A program made the position numbers and the translations under genes. Below the pieces are notes generated by a model. That model worked only from the letters and a program-made list of their open reading frames with translations, ran no database searches and was not told the origin of the DNA. From positions 32,700 through 96,699 of the forward strand of contig JBBIPC010000014.1 in the NCBI GenBank assembly GCA_037443035.1: a DNA stretch of 64,000 bases, given 5' to 3'. Source of the stretch: Chthonomonadales bacterium (lineage in GTDB: Bacteria; Armatimonadota; Chthonomonadetes; Chthonomonadales; CAJBBX01). Shown here in pieces: positions 39,966-50,185 of this stretch; the first letter of the stretch is position 1; each line of letters starts with the position of its first letter.

Positions 39966-41090
39966 GTGGAGATTCGAAACCCCGGAGCGAAGTCCCGACG
40001 TATGGCATTGTGCTTCGGAAAGGGCGGCGTGGTGGCGGTTCTGTGGGCACCTGTCGGCATGGCCGCTTTCTTGAACCAGGGAGCGCAGAAAGCCAACTCA
40101 CCAATCCAGTGGGATCCGTCCACGCTCACGCTTGTCCGGGACATGCGCCGCCTTGGTCGGATGAGGCTCATCGCAACGTATGAGCTGGGTGGCCGCATCC
40201 GCGTGTCCTTCCGTGACGATGACGGCCGAACGTGGAGGTCGGAAGCCGAGGTAGTCAGGCTCGACCATGGCAACGCTGCCAATCCCGAACTTCTCGTCCT
40301 GGGCAGTCGGCGCGTTCTCCTGTTCTTCAACGAGCGGCCCACCGACGGCAAGCATCCGTACTCAATTAGCATGTGCCGATCGTCAGACGGCGGTCGAACA
40401 TGGACGGGAAAGCGAACGCTGTACACTGCCGGCGTACGCTTCGACAATGGCTGCTGGGAACCCGCAGCGATTCGCCTGCGGGATGGGACGATCCAGCTCT
40501 TCTTTGCGAACGAAGCGCCGTTTTCGGATACCGAGGAGCAAGAGATCTCCATGATAGCATCCAAGGACGGAGGTGAGTCCTGGGGTGTGGCGCGGCGAGT
40601 GGCCTTCCGGCCTGGCGGGCGCGATGGTATGCCCGTGCCGATCCTGGGCCGAGACGGCACCTCCACGCTCCTGGCCATAGAGGACAGCGGTCTCTGCGGT
40701 CTCATGAAGCCTGTCATCGTCGCCGTTCGACCGGACGGGGTTGCCACTCCAGACACAAGCTACCGGTGGCCTGCCCTGGCAAAGGCGCTCGGCCCTGAGG
40801 TCTACGCGGGAGCCCCATATCTGGTGCGGATGGTGGATGGAGCTACCATTCTCTCCGTCCAGAGCACCGAGGGACGTCGGAAACCTCGCATGGTGGTCTA
40901 TAGAGGTGATCGCGATGCGCGATCCTTCGCCAGTCCCATGGAGCCATTCGACCTTCCTAGTGACGTAGAGGGCCTCTGGAATTCGCTCTTCGTGAAGTCC
41001 AGGAACGTGGTGACAGCGGTCTCGACAACTAGGATTGGAGGCAGGGCTGGCGTCTGGGCTGTGGACGGCCGGGTATCTGAAGACCTCTAG
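39966..41090 (+). CDS. BNR/Asp-box sialidase-like beta-propeller
   Basis: Repeats DDDGRTW, SSDGGRTW, SKDGGESW; GCWEP; RDGMP. Confidence 0.8.
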   Translation: MEIRNPGAKSRRMALCFGKGGVVAVLWAPVGMAAFLNQGAQKANSPIQWDPSTLTLVRDMRRLGRMRLIATYELGGRIRVSFRDDDGRTWRSEAEVVRLDHGNAANPELLVLGSRRVLLFFNERPTDGKHPYSISMCRSSDGGRTWTGKRTLYTAGVRFDNGCWEPAAIRLRDGTIQLFFANEAPFSDTEEQEISMIASKDGGESWGVARRVAFRPGGRDGMPVPILGRDGTSTLLAIEDSGLCGLMKPVIVAVRPDGVATPDTSYRWPALAKALGPEVYAGAPYLVRMVDGATILSVQSTEGRRKPRMVVYRGDRDARSFASPMEPFDLPSDVEGLWNSLFVKSRNVVTAVSTTRIGGRAGVWAVDGRVSEDL

Positions 41091-41271
41091 TCAACCCAGC
41101 TCAGCCCGATCGGCGATGCTACTTCCCAAGATCTGTGACCGATGCGCAGCCCACGCGCAGGAAACCCGGGGCGACGGCTTGAATCAGCTATTGCCCGCAG
41201 ACAAGCAGTGGTACGCGAGTGCATCGTGGCACTCATGCCACTAACCTGCGGAGATCCTACAGGAGTGCCAC

Positions 41272-41961
41272 ATGAGAACGTGTGCGCTGTTTGCTGTGTG
41301 CTGCGCAATGATCCCATGCGTAGCGCAGGCGGACGACATCGTAACGATGCCTACCGCCAACCAGCTCAAGGCCCGCGAAGTGGACGTCGCGGCCTACTAT
41401 CTCGACCTCCATCTTCCGTCGGGTGCGCCGCAGTTCGTCCACTATCAGACCCTCTACGTGGGCCTCACAGACCGCGTCGAACTGGACTTCCATCGAGCTG
41501 AAGTGAACCGCGACGCGGTCTCTGTTGTTACCGTTGCGACGTTGAAGCTCGTCTCGGAAGGTCCCGCGACTCCAGACGTTGTCCTGGGAGTGCGAAACGT
41601 CACAGGTGAAGCCACCACGAACGATCCGGCGGTCCGGAGCAAGAGCAGGCGTCGGTCCGTCTTCGCCACGGCGGCCAAGACGGTCTTTCTCCGCGAAGGG
41701 GTCCAGGGGCCGCCGCTGGTACGGGTTCACGCAGGACTGGGCACCGAAGACTGGACGCTCCTGAACGAGAAGAGGCATGAAGGACTATTCGGCGGATTGC
41801 AGTTCCTGTTCCACCCCGTCGTAGGGGCGGTGGTGCAGCACGATGGTCGCGATTGGATCACCGGTGTAACCATCATGCCTCCGCGGACGGGGCTGACAGT
41901 CAAGGGAGGCACGTTCGGCGATCACTCGTGGTACGGTGTGGCCTTCCGCAAGCAGTTCTAG
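41272..41961 (+). CDS. Exported hypothetical protein, probable beta-barrel
   Basis: Signal peptide, alternating strands, C-terminal Phe. Confidence 0.6.
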   Translation: MRTCALFAVCCAMIPCVAQADDIVTMPTANQLKAREVDVAAYYLDLHLPSGAPQFVHYQTLYVGLTDRVELDFHRAEVNRDAVSVVTVATLKLVSEGPATPDVVLGVRNVTGEATTNDPAVRSKSRRRSVFATAAKTVFLREGVQGPPLVRVHAGLGTEDWTLLNEKRHEGLFGGLQFLFHPVVGAVVQHDGRDWITGVTIMPPRTGLTVKGGTFGDHSWYGVAFRKQF

Positions 41962-42006
41962 ACGGGCAGTGTGGCCAACCGAGTAGAACCGCGCCTGAAA
42001 GAATGG

Positions 42007-42039
42007 ACGGCGCCTTCCTTGACTATGGGAAGGCGCCGT
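42007..42039. terminator. 12-bp perfect hairpin between convergent genes
   Basis: ACGGCGCCTTCC-N9-GGAAGGCGCCGT. Confidence 0.6.
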
Positions 42040-42118
42040 GTTCGCGTACGGTCCGGTTGTGTTGGAGAAATAGTGACGCCGCTATCCTTGTTACGCGTAC
42101 GTCACGTTCATCCCGCCT

Positions 42119-42664
42119 CTAGAACCGATAGCCAAAGACTGCCCGGAAGCCGTCGGGCGTTCCAGCAGCGCCGTGCTTGTCGAACATCTCGTATCGCCCC
42201 TCGACGAACATCTTGTTGCTGAGGTTCAGTCCGAGGATGAGCCCCCCGCCCACGCGGGTCACCCATGGCTGCTTGGGCGACACAAGTGTGGAAGTGTACG
42301 TGACCGCTGTGATGCAGAATCCGGCATACGGCGTCTTGCCGTTCTGCTCCTCGAACGTGTACACCTGGCTGATCGAGACCGGTATCGCCTTGAACTTCAC
42401 GGCGTTATCGGTGAACTGATAGTAGTAGTCCGCCGAAATGGTGGTGGACCACGCCTCGCCATTCAACAACGCGGGGACGCCGGCTAGGGTGTATTGCACG
42501 CCTGCGATGAACCCCTTGTTGTCGGCGATGACACGGGACTGATGACTCGAGGAGCCATACATTCCAAGTCTGATCGCGAACGGGCTCTCCGCTCGGGCCG
42601 TTGCTGACAGGAACCCCAGAGCCATTGCCGCCAGGGCGAGGGTGCCAAGCACTTTGCCTCTCAT
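42119..42664 (-). CDS. Outer-membrane beta-barrel protein (OmpA/OmpW-like)
   Basis: Signal peptide; FVEGRY; C-terminal AVFGYRF; AAGGAG SD. Confidence 0.75.
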   Translation of the reverse strand: MRGKVLGTLALAAMALGFLSATARAESPFAIRLGMYGSSSHQSRVIADNKGFIAGVQYTLAGVPALLNGEAWSTTISADYYYQFTDNAVKFKAIPVSISQVYTFEEQNGKTPYAGFCITAVTYTSTLVSPKQPWVTRVGGGLILGLNLSNKMFVEGRYEMFDKHGAAGTPDGFRAVFGYRF

Positions 42665-42833
42665 AGACCGTGCTCCTTTCTGTTCTGCAATGCAGTTTTC
42701 CGACTGGTACTGCTGATATACCGAATACCCGTCGGAGACGGTAGCCGTTTCCGCCGAACAGGGACAGCGGTTACGACTGCCGCGACCGGCTGGCAGCATA
42801 CCGCAGGAGCGTACAGCCGCTCCTACTGACCTT

Positions 42834-42862
42834 ATTCTAGCACGCAGTCGCGATTTGCGCAA
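42834..42862 (-). promoter_or_regulatory. Sigma70 promoter TTGCGC-17-TAGAAT (extended -10) for the beta-barrel gene
   Basis: Hexamers at 42862-42857 and 42839-42834. Confidence 0.6.
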
Positions 42863-42948
42863 CAGGAACGCGCAATGTTGGCGCCGAAGTAGTGGTGCAG
42901 TTCCTTCGCCAACGGCTCGGGAGCTATGCCTATGAGGAGAATGACCCT

Positions 42949-43908
42949 ATGCCCGTTTTCGACCTGCCGCTCGAGCAACTCGAGACCTACACAGGCCGCA
43001 ATCCACGTCCCCATGATATGGAGGAGTTCTGGGAGGAAGCGCTTGCTGAGATGCGCGCGGTAGATCCTCAGGTGGAACTGGTCCCCCACAGCTATACATC
43101 GTCTGTTGCAGAGTGCTTCGACCTCTACTTCACTGGAGTACGTGGAGCGCGCATCCATGCCAAGTACCTCCGCCCAAAGCACGCACAACGACCCCACCCA
43201 GCGGTTCTGCTCTTCCACGGCTACTCTGGTAGCAGCGGCGACTGGTTCGACAAGCTCGGCTACGTCGCCCAGGGGTTCTCGGTCGCGGCGTTGGACTGCC
43301 GTGGACAGGGCGGCCTGTCGGAGGACACCGGCGGTGTCAAAGGGAACACCCTCAATGGGCATATCATTCGTGGGCTCGATCAGTCGCCACATGACATGCT
43401 ATTCCGGCACATCTATCTCGATTGTGCTCAGCTAGCACGGATCGTCATGGACATGCCTGAGGTGGACCCGGACCGAGTTGGTGCCACGGGCGGTTCTCAA
43501 GGAGGCGGCCTGACACTGGCCTGTGCCGCGCTCGAACCACGCATCCGCCGGGCCGCGCCCGTCTTCCCGTTCCTGTGCGACTATATGCGCGTCTGGGAGA
43601 TTGACCTGGCCGTCGCAGCTTATGAGGAGCTTCGGCAGTACTTCCGACACTTCGACCCACGCCATGAACGTGAGGAGGAGATCTTCACCCGGCTGGGTTA
43701 CATAGACAATCAACATCTGGCGCACCGCATTCGGGGCGAAGTCCTATGGTTCATCGGGCTCATGGATACCATCTGCCCGCCATCGTCTCAGTTCGCTGCA
43801 TACAACAAGATAACTGCACCGAAAGATATGGTCATCTACCCGGACTTCGGTCACGAGGGTCTGCCAGACTCCAGCGACCGCATCTTCGAGTTCCTCTCCG
43901 GCCTCTAG
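42949..43908 (+). CDS. Acetylxylan esterase / cephalosporin-C deacetylase (CE7)
   Basis: FHGYSG, DCRGQGG, GGSQGG, CPPSSQFAAYN, FGHE. Confidence 0.95.
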   Translation: MPVFDLPLEQLETYTGRNPRPHDMEEFWEEALAEMRAVDPQVELVPHSYTSSVAECFDLYFTGVRGARIHAKYLRPKHAQRPHPAVLLFHGYSGSSGDWFDKLGYVAQGFSVAALDCRGQGGLSEDTGGVKGNTLNGHIIRGLDQSPHDMLFRHIYLDCAQLARIVMDMPEVDPDRVGATGGSQGGGLTLACAALEPRIRRAAPVFPFLCDYMRVWEIDLAVAAYEELRQYFRHFDPRHEREEEIFTRLGYIDNQHLAHRIRGEVLWFIGLMDTICPPSSQFAAYNKITAPKDMVIYPDFGHEGLPDSSDRIFEFLSGL

Positions 43909-45569
43909 GGGTGAAGCACTCGATAGACCGGTAGACCAGGTGCGATCCGACGTGACCTTCGGAGAACGGCCGCGAGGGCAGGATGGGACGCGGGGTCGTC
44001 GAAGGCATCCCCGGCCAAGTAGCAGGGTCGCCGGCCGAGGTTAGCTTCGAAGATGTCGTCGAGCCAGGACAGACCGTCACTGGTTCGCGGCGGTCTGGGC
44101 ACGATGATTCCGCGGCGGCGCTCGCGCGTTACCAGCCGGTAGTACTCCGTGCTGAGGAAGTCTCGGTAGAACAGCAGCACGACATCAGGACGCTGGCCGA
44201 GCACATAACGACGATAGGCCACGGGGAAGCCCCACGAGTCTCCTGAGAGGACGAGCACCGCATCGCGCTGCACGGAGCTGAGGACCGCGTCGGCAAGTTG
44301 GTTCGCGCCCCTGTCGGCAGAGCGATCGAGACCGCCGAATCTCGCCGTGCCGAGGGCAAGCGGTAGCCCGAGCGCAGCGCACGCCGCGAGCATGCCGAAC
44401 ATACGCTGCAATGCGGATCGGCCCGACGCGACCCTGCTCAGGAGTGCCAGCGCGGCATGGAAGCCCGCACCGATCCACAAAGCCGTCATGAGGTGGCATG
44501 GCAGGAAGTAGGGATCGATGTCCCGTATCCGATAGGTCATCGCCCACGCCAGCGGCGCCAGGTAGGCAAGGAGCGTCGTTGTGCCATAGGCGCGGCGGCT
44601 GCGCAAGAGCGTCCAGACGCCTACCGGCGCGAATACCAGCACGGCTACAGGGAACTGGCTTGCGGCTGCGTACTCGGCCGCGTCTTGGACGCTCAGATAC
44701 TGTCGGACACGCCGAACCACAACGTGTGGTGTCGTCGGGACCATGCGTTGGCGGTAGAGCTGGCCTGTTACATGGGCTGCGAAGCGCCCTGGAGTGCGTG
44801 GATCGCCCCAGTTCCACGGCGGGTCCCGAAGGGCGGCCCAAGGCAAGTACGCATACAGGCTGAGCGGGACGACTACGCCGAGAATCCAGGCCGCTGTCCA
44901 CCCTCTGTGCCACGTCGTTCTTGCGTGCCACAGTACTACTGCAAGTACGGCGGGGAGCAACCAGATGGCCATGAGATGGTGCGCCAGCATAAGACCGTAC
45001 GCGCTGGCAGCCGAGAATGCTCGCCCAGTGGTAGGGCGCTCTGCCCAGAGGCTCAGCACCAGCAGGAGGATCATCATCAACAGGACATGCAGTGCGTAGA
45101 CCTCCGCTGTCGTGGCCTGCGACCAGAATGTCGGCGAAACGGCGAACATGGCCGATGCGAGGAGACTGCTTCGCCAACACTGCGTCAGGCGATGGACGAC
45201 GACGTAGAGCACACCTACTGCGAGGCTCGCCGAAATCGCCGAGAACACATTCATGCGCCACGCAGGGTCTCCCCACGGCAACATGCGGCTCCACCAGTGT
45301 CCGAGCAGGGTGTACAGCGGATAGCCCGTAGGATGCGGTACGCCGAGCTGGTAGGCGGCGATCGTAAGATCCCCTGCATCGCCGAAGGTCAGCCCAGGTG
45401 CTACGGTTCGCATGTAGAGGCCGAAGGCGCCTGCGCCCACCATGACGGGAAGCAGCCCGCGAGCCAATACTCCGGCCGGAGTTCGAGGCTGGGCAGCCAC
45501 ACTCTGTGCCATGACCCAATCTACCCTACTGCGGAGCACGGGCGCGGCCCGGTTCGTAATGGAAGACAT
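43905..45569 (-). CDS. DUF2723/TMEM260-like membrane glycosyltransferase (start approximate)
   Basis: GDAGD..LGVPHPTGYPLY, FWSQATTAEVY. Confidence 0.88.
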   Translation of the reverse strand: MSSITNRAAPVLRSRVDWVMAQSVAAQPRTPAGVLARGLLPVMVGAGAFGLYMRTVAPGLTFGDAGDLTIAAYQLGVPHPTGYPLYTLLGHWWSRMLPWGDPAWRMNVFSAISASLAVGVLYVVVHRLTQCWRSSLLASAMFAVSPTFWSQATTAEVYALHVLLMMILLLVLSLWAERPTTGRAFSAASAYGLMLAHHLMAIWLLPAVLAVVLWHARTTWHRGWTAAWILGVVVPLSLYAYLPWAALRDPPWNWGDPRTPGRFAAHVTGQLYRQRMVPTTPHVVVRRVRQYLSVQDAAEYAAASQFPVAVLVFAPVGVWTLLRSRRAYGTTTLLAYLAPLAWAMTYRIRDIDPYFLPCHLMTALWIGAGFHAALALLSRVASGRSALQRMFGMLAACAALGLPLALGTARFGGLDRSADRGANQLADAVLSSVQRDAVLVLSGDSWGFPVAYRRYVLGQRPDVVLLFYRDFLSTEYYRLVTRERRRGIIVPRPPRTSDGLSWLDDIFEANLGRRPCYLAGDAFDDPASHPALAAVLRRSRRIAPGLPVYRVLHP

Positions 45570-45658
45570 GTCGTGTTCGGCCGGCGTCCGGCTGTCTGCT
45601 GCGACGGGCGCACTGCGGAGAGGCGCGGCAGGTACAATCCCATCGGAGGTCTCTTCCC

Positions 45659-46504
45659 GTGCGCGCTTTCCTGCCCCTGCTTGCAAGTCTCATTCCCGTC
45701 ACGTTCCCACCCTCGCCGAACGTCCCCAGCGGCGCGGACTGGAGCGTACCTGAACGGTTCCGTGGTGTGACCGTTGTCGGACGCGTCCGAGGATTCCCGG
45801 AGAGAATCGTGGCGCTCACGTTCGACGATGGCCCGGATCGTGCCAACACACCTCTAGTCCTGGACGCACTGATGAAGCACGGCGCCAAGGCTACGTTTTT
45901 CCTGATTGGCGAGCAGGTACCAGCGAATGCAGGTTTGGTGCGGCGGATGGTTGCCGAGGGGCATGTTGTTGGCAATCATAGCTGGTCCCACCCCTATCGG
46001 CTCTCCGAAGCCGAAGGAGAGTGGCAGATCGCGCGCACTGAACAGACGATCGAGAAGATCATCGGTCGCAAGCCCGCGTGCTTCCGGAGCCCGGGCGGCT
46101 TCACGAACAACGGCATCGCACGTGCAGCCCGCCGTCGTGGCCTTCCCAACTTCCTTTGGATGGTGAGCTCGGCCGACACGACGCATATAGGCTCGGAGGC
46201 AATTGCGCGTAACGTCGTGAGCGCCGTGCACCCGGGCGATATCGTCCTCATGCACGATGGGCCGGGACATCGGGCAACGGCTCTGGCGGTGCCCGCCATC
46301 CTCAGTGGTCTTGCGAAAAAGGGGTTCCGGTGCGTCACTGTGCCTGAGCTGTGCCGGACCTGGGACCGGTGGCTCACGGCAAGTGGGATCACCAAGGGTA
46401 TCCGCGCGGCACCCCCTGCCTCCGCCACAGCGAGACGTCCTCATCTAGTCGGGCGCCCTCCGGCAAGTGAGCGACCACCAAGCGTCCATCGCACACCACC
46501 GTAG
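45659..46504 (+). CDS. Polysaccharide deacetylase (CE4/NodB)
   Basis: ALTFDDGP, GNHSWSHP, IVLMHD. Confidence 0.93.
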   Translation: MRAFLPLLASLIPVTFPPSPNVPSGADWSVPERFRGVTVVGRVRGFPERIVALTFDDGPDRANTPLVLDALMKHGAKATFFLIGEQVPANAGLVRRMVAEGHVVGNHSWSHPYRLSEAEGEWQIARTEQTIEKIIGRKPACFRSPGGFTNNGIARAARRRGLPNFLWMVSSADTTHIGSEAIARNVVSAVHPGDIVLMHDGPGHRATALAVPAILSGLAKKGFRCVTVPELCRTWDRWLTASGITKGIRAAPPASATARRPHLVGRPPASERPPSVHRTPP

Positions 46505-46626
46505 GCACTCCTGAACGGAACCTAGCCGGCGATCGCTCAGGTACCATTAGGCGTCGCACAACCCGCAGCTATCTAGAGACGGATTGGAGAGCGTGCGATG
46601 GGCCGCCCACGGGAGGAGTAGACCCC

Positions 46627-48060
46627 ATGGATCGCAGTATGCTTCGTCACCACGGTGCCAATCGGTACGAGATGGACATGAAGGCTCGATCCGATATCCG
46701 TGTGCCGGCGGTGGTCTTCGCTGACGAGAACCTGCTCGACGGCATGCTCGCAGGAGCTACCCTGACCCAGTTAGCGAACGTGGCCACCCTTCCAGGTGTT
46801 CATGGCTTCGTTTGTGGCATGCCTGATATGCACGAGGGCTACGGCTTTCCTGTGGGTGGCGTTGCGGCCACGCTCATGCCCGACGGGGTCGTGTCACCTG
46901 GTGGCGTCGGCTTCGACATAAACTGCGGCGTGCGGCTCCTGAGCACGCCTGCGCTGTATAGCGACATCAAGTCGCGAGCCGAGGAACTCGTGCAAGTTAC
47001 GTCCGAACGCATTGCCGCCGGCACGGGCAAGCGAGGTTCCATGACACTCAGCGATAGGGAGCTGGATCGGGTCCTTGCCGAGGGAAGTGCCTATGTCGTG
47101 CGCACCATGGGCTGTGGCGTAGAAGGTGACATGGAACACACGGAATCGGAGGGGTGCCTGCCGGGTGCAGATCCGTCGGCGGTGTCACGGCGAGCACGAG
47201 AACGAGGAGCAGACCAGCTCGGTACCATGGGTTCAGGCAACCACTTCATCGAGTTCCAATGGGTGGAAGAAGTCTATGACAAGCAAGCCGCCGAAGCGAT
47301 GCACCTTACCGAAGGTACGGTGACGGTTCTCATCCATAGTGGGTCAAGAGGACTAGGGCATCAAGTGTGTACGGACTACGTGCGACAACTGGATCGGAAG
47401 CTTTCCCAGTATGGCATCGTGGTTCCCGACCGGCAGCTCTGCTGTGCTCCCGCCAGTTCGTCGGACGGCAAGGCCTATCTGGCGGCCATGGCCTGTGCCG
47501 CCAACTATGCGTGGGCCAACCGGCAAGCCATGGGCCACGAGGTGCGGAAGCTCCTGGCCAAGATGTTCAAGCTCAAGCCCTCCGATGTACGGGTGGTCTA
47601 CGACGTGGCTCACAACATCGCCAAGATGGAGGAGCACGGTGGGGCCCTGTTGTGCGTGCATCGAAAAGGCGCAACCCGTGCCTTTGGGCCGGGTCATCCC
47701 GAGCTGCCCGCCGATTACCGTGCCATTGGCCAGCCCATCTTCATCCCCGGAAGCATGGGCACCCGGTCTTATGTCTTGGCGGCTGAGGAGGCTGCCATGC
47801 GCCTGTCGTGGGGCAGTACGTGCCATGGCGCCGGTCGGGCTCACAGCCGCACAGCCGCCAAACAGATGGTCACGGGGGCGGCAGTGCGCCAGAAGCTCCG
47901 GGATCAAGGGATAGCGGTTCGGTGCCCCAGCAACCAGGGGCTTGCCGAAGAGGCGCCCGAGGCGTACAAGGATGTGGACCGCGTGGTGGATGTTGTCGTG
48001 GGTGCTGGTCTGGCCCGGCGCGTGGCGCGGCTCCGACCGTTTGGTGTTGTGAAGGGATAA
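46627..48060 (+). CDS. rtcB: RNA ligase RtcB
   Basis: MPDMHEGYGFPVG, GFDINCG, GSGNHF, HSGSRG, HRKGAT, CHGAGR, AYKDV. Confidence 0.96.
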   Translation: MDRSMLRHHGANRYEMDMKARSDIRVPAVVFADENLLDGMLAGATLTQLANVATLPGVHGFVCGMPDMHEGYGFPVGGVAATLMPDGVVSPGGVGFDINCGVRLLSTPALYSDIKSRAEELVQVTSERIAAGTGKRGSMTLSDRELDRVLAEGSAYVVRTMGCGVEGDMEHTESEGCLPGADPSAVSRRARERGADQLGTMGSGNHFIEFQWVEEVYDKQAAEAMHLTEGTVTVLIHSGSRGLGHQVCTDYVRQLDRKLSQYGIVVPDRQLCCAPASSSDGKAYLAAMACAANYAWANRQAMGHEVRKLLAKMFKLKPSDVRVVYDVAHNIAKMEEHGGALLCVHRKGATRAFGPGHPELPADYRAIGQPIFIPGSMGTRSYVLAAEEAAMRLSWGSTCHGAGRAHSRTAAKQMVTGAAVRQKLRDQGIAVRCPSNQGLAEEAPEAYKDVDRVVDVVVGAGLARRVARLRPFGVVKG

Positions 48061-48067
48061 GTGCCAC

Positions 48068-48970
48068 TTGTTGGGGTGGGTATTCGATATTCAGCGATTC
48101 TCGATCCACGACGGCCCGGGCATCCGGACCACGGTGTTTCTCAAGGGCTGTCCGCTTCGTTGTCAGTGGTGCCACAACCCTGAAGGGCTGGAATCGCGAC
48201 CTCAGATTCGCCTCTCGCCGACACTGTGCTCGCGATGTGGCCGCTGCATGGCTATCTGCGAGCACGACGGCCACGAAGTGACAGCAGAATCGCACGTTCT
48301 CCATCCCGAGAACTGCGTTGCGTGTGGCGAGTGCGTGGCCGTGTGCCCTGGCGGCGCCCTGGAGCTCGTCGGTCGACGGATGACCGTAGACGCGGTCATG
48401 GCGGTTGTGCGACGGGACGTCCCGTTCTACGATCAATCCGGCGGTGGTGTGACACTCTCGGGCGGAGAGCCTCTCGCTCAGCCCGACTTCTCCACCGCTT
48501 TGCTATCTGTGGCACGAGCCGAGAACATGCATACCGCCATCGAGACCAGCGCCTTCGGGGCATGGGCTCGACTCGAGCGACTCCTGCCGCTCGTCGATCT
48601 ATGGTTAGTGGACCTCAAACACACGGACTCTACGCGGCACGAGGAACTGACCGGAGTCTCGAACGAGACCATCCTGGAGAACATCCGCAGGCTCGTAGAG
48701 AGTGGGGTCCCCATCACAGTGCGGGTCCCATGGGTTCCATCCCGCAACGCCGAGCCGAGCTTTCTGGAAGGACTGATCGCGTACCTTAGGGAACTTGCTC
48801 CGCCGCCGCCGATCGAGATCATGCCATATCACCGGTTGGGCCTTGGCAAGTGGGAGTCTTTGGGCAAGCCGCCGGTGCTGCCGGTTGACATTCCGGCAGC
48901 AACCTTGAGTGACGTCCAGCCATGGCTGGACCGGCTTCGATCGGCAGGCATCGCCGCAACCGTTAGTTGA
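48068..48970 (+). CDS. Glycyl-radical enzyme activating protein (radical SAM + ferredoxin insert)
   Basis: DIQRFSIHDGPGIRT..GCPLRCQWCHNPE; two CxxCxxCxxxC motifs; GGVTLSGGEP. Confidence 0.93.
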   Translation: MLGWVFDIQRFSIHDGPGIRTTVFLKGCPLRCQWCHNPEGLESRPQIRLSPTLCSRCGRCMAICEHDGHEVTAESHVLHPENCVACGECVAVCPGGALELVGRRMTVDAVMAVVRRDVPFYDQSGGGVTLSGGEPLAQPDFSTALLSVARAENMHTAIETSAFGAWARLERLLPLVDLWLVDLKHTDSTRHEELTGVSNETILENIRRLVESGVPITVRVPWVPSRNAEPSFLEGLIAYLRELAPPPPIEIMPYHRLGLGKWESLGKPPVLPVDIPAATLSDVQPWLDRLRSAGIAATVS

Positions 48971-48987
48971 AGCGGTCACGCTCAACG

Positions 48988-50157
48988 CTACTCGGCGAGC
49001 AGTCGTCTTACCGCCTTCTCGAAGGTAGCGTAATCCCGTTCCCCGTCCCAGCGATACCGGATCATGCCAGCGCGGTCTATGAGTACGGAGACAGGCACTT
49101 CATGGATATGACCGAAAGCCATTGTTACCTGGTGGGGGGCGATGGCCAAGGGGAAACCTGCTCCGTGCTTCGATGCGAAGTCGCGGACACGGTCCGGGTC
49201 CTTGTCGGCTAGCGTGAGTCCCAGAATGTCCAGCCCCTGGCTGCGATATCCCTGGTCCAGCCGTCCAAGGTCCACCATCTCCGCTCGGCATACGCCGCAC
49301 CAGGTGGCCCAGAAGTGCAAGAGGGTCAGGCGCCCCCGCTGACGCTCTAGGGACCACAATCTGCCGTCGAGATCTCGAAACGCGAAGTCCGGAGCCGGAT
49401 CCTTCCGACTCGGACGCACCGGCTCCGGCAGGGCGAGATCACTGCGACTGGCAGCACGCTTCTGTTGGCTCTGCCACCACTCCCGCCACTTGGCGATGAC
49501 CTCCTTCACTTTGTCCGGTGGCGTGTCCTTCCGAATGCGCCATGGCTTACCCGTACGTCTGGAGAGGAGATAGGCCGCGGTACGGCAGACGACGCGGTCT
49601 TCCGGATCCATGGCAGCGACAAGACTCGCAGCGATAGGTTCGAACGGGATGTCCCTCCTCCGTAGCACGATCATGAACTGCATCGCTGCCGATTCCCTGA
49701 CCCAGCGGTCCTCGTCACGCAGAGCCGCACGCAGGAGGTCCACACCTGCCCGAGGATCCACCTCATGCAGCACTTCGGCGGCTCGTTGTCTGACCAGCGA
49801 CGAGTTGTCCTCGAACGCACGCTGGATGGTGCCGAGTGTCTCCGGGCGTTTCATGTCCCCGAGAGCGTCGATGGCGGCGTAACGAAGACTCGAGCTGCGA
49901 TCGTCGGCGTAGCGTATCAGTAGAGGTACCCGCTGTTCCGGCGGCATGGCAGACAGTTGCTCGCCCAGAGCTGCCACCGCATCATCAGAGCTTGCTCGAA
50001 GCCGAGCTTCCAGAGAGCTCTCCTTGCTACTCTGCTGCGCAGTCTGCCAGCGTACGGCGAGTGCTCCGCCGACGGCAAGCAAGCCGATCAACGCGAAAAG
50101 CAGGGGGCGCCTATTGCTACCTTTGTCTGGCGTCGACATATCGGAGGCCGTGTTCAT
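48988..50157 (-). CDS. Membrane-anchored HEAT-repeat + TlpA redoxin fusion
   Basis: TM helix; D..SLRYAAIDALG-type HEAT repeats; FWATWCGVC. Confidence 0.85.
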   Translation of the reverse strand: MNTASDMSTPDKGSNRRPLLFALIGLLAVGGALAVRWQTAQQSSKESSLEARLRASSDDAVAALGEQLSAMPPEQRVPLLIRYADDRSSSLRYAAIDALGDMKRPETLGTIQRAFEDNSSLVRQRAAEVLHEVDPRAGVDLLRAALRDEDRWVRESAAMQFMIVLRRRDIPFEPIAASLVAAMDPEDRVVCRTAAYLLSRRTGKPWRIRKDTPPDKVKEVIAKWREWWQSQQKRAASRSDLALPEPVRPSRKDPAPDFAFRDLDGRLWSLERQRGRLTLLHFWATWCGVCRAEMVDLGRLDQGYRSQGLDILGLTLADKDPDRVRDFASKHGAGFPLAIAPHQVTMAFGHIHEVPVSVLIDRAGMIRYRWDGERDYATFEKAVRRLLAE

Positions 50158-50185
50158 TACAGAGTATCCCCATCTTGGCGAGACG

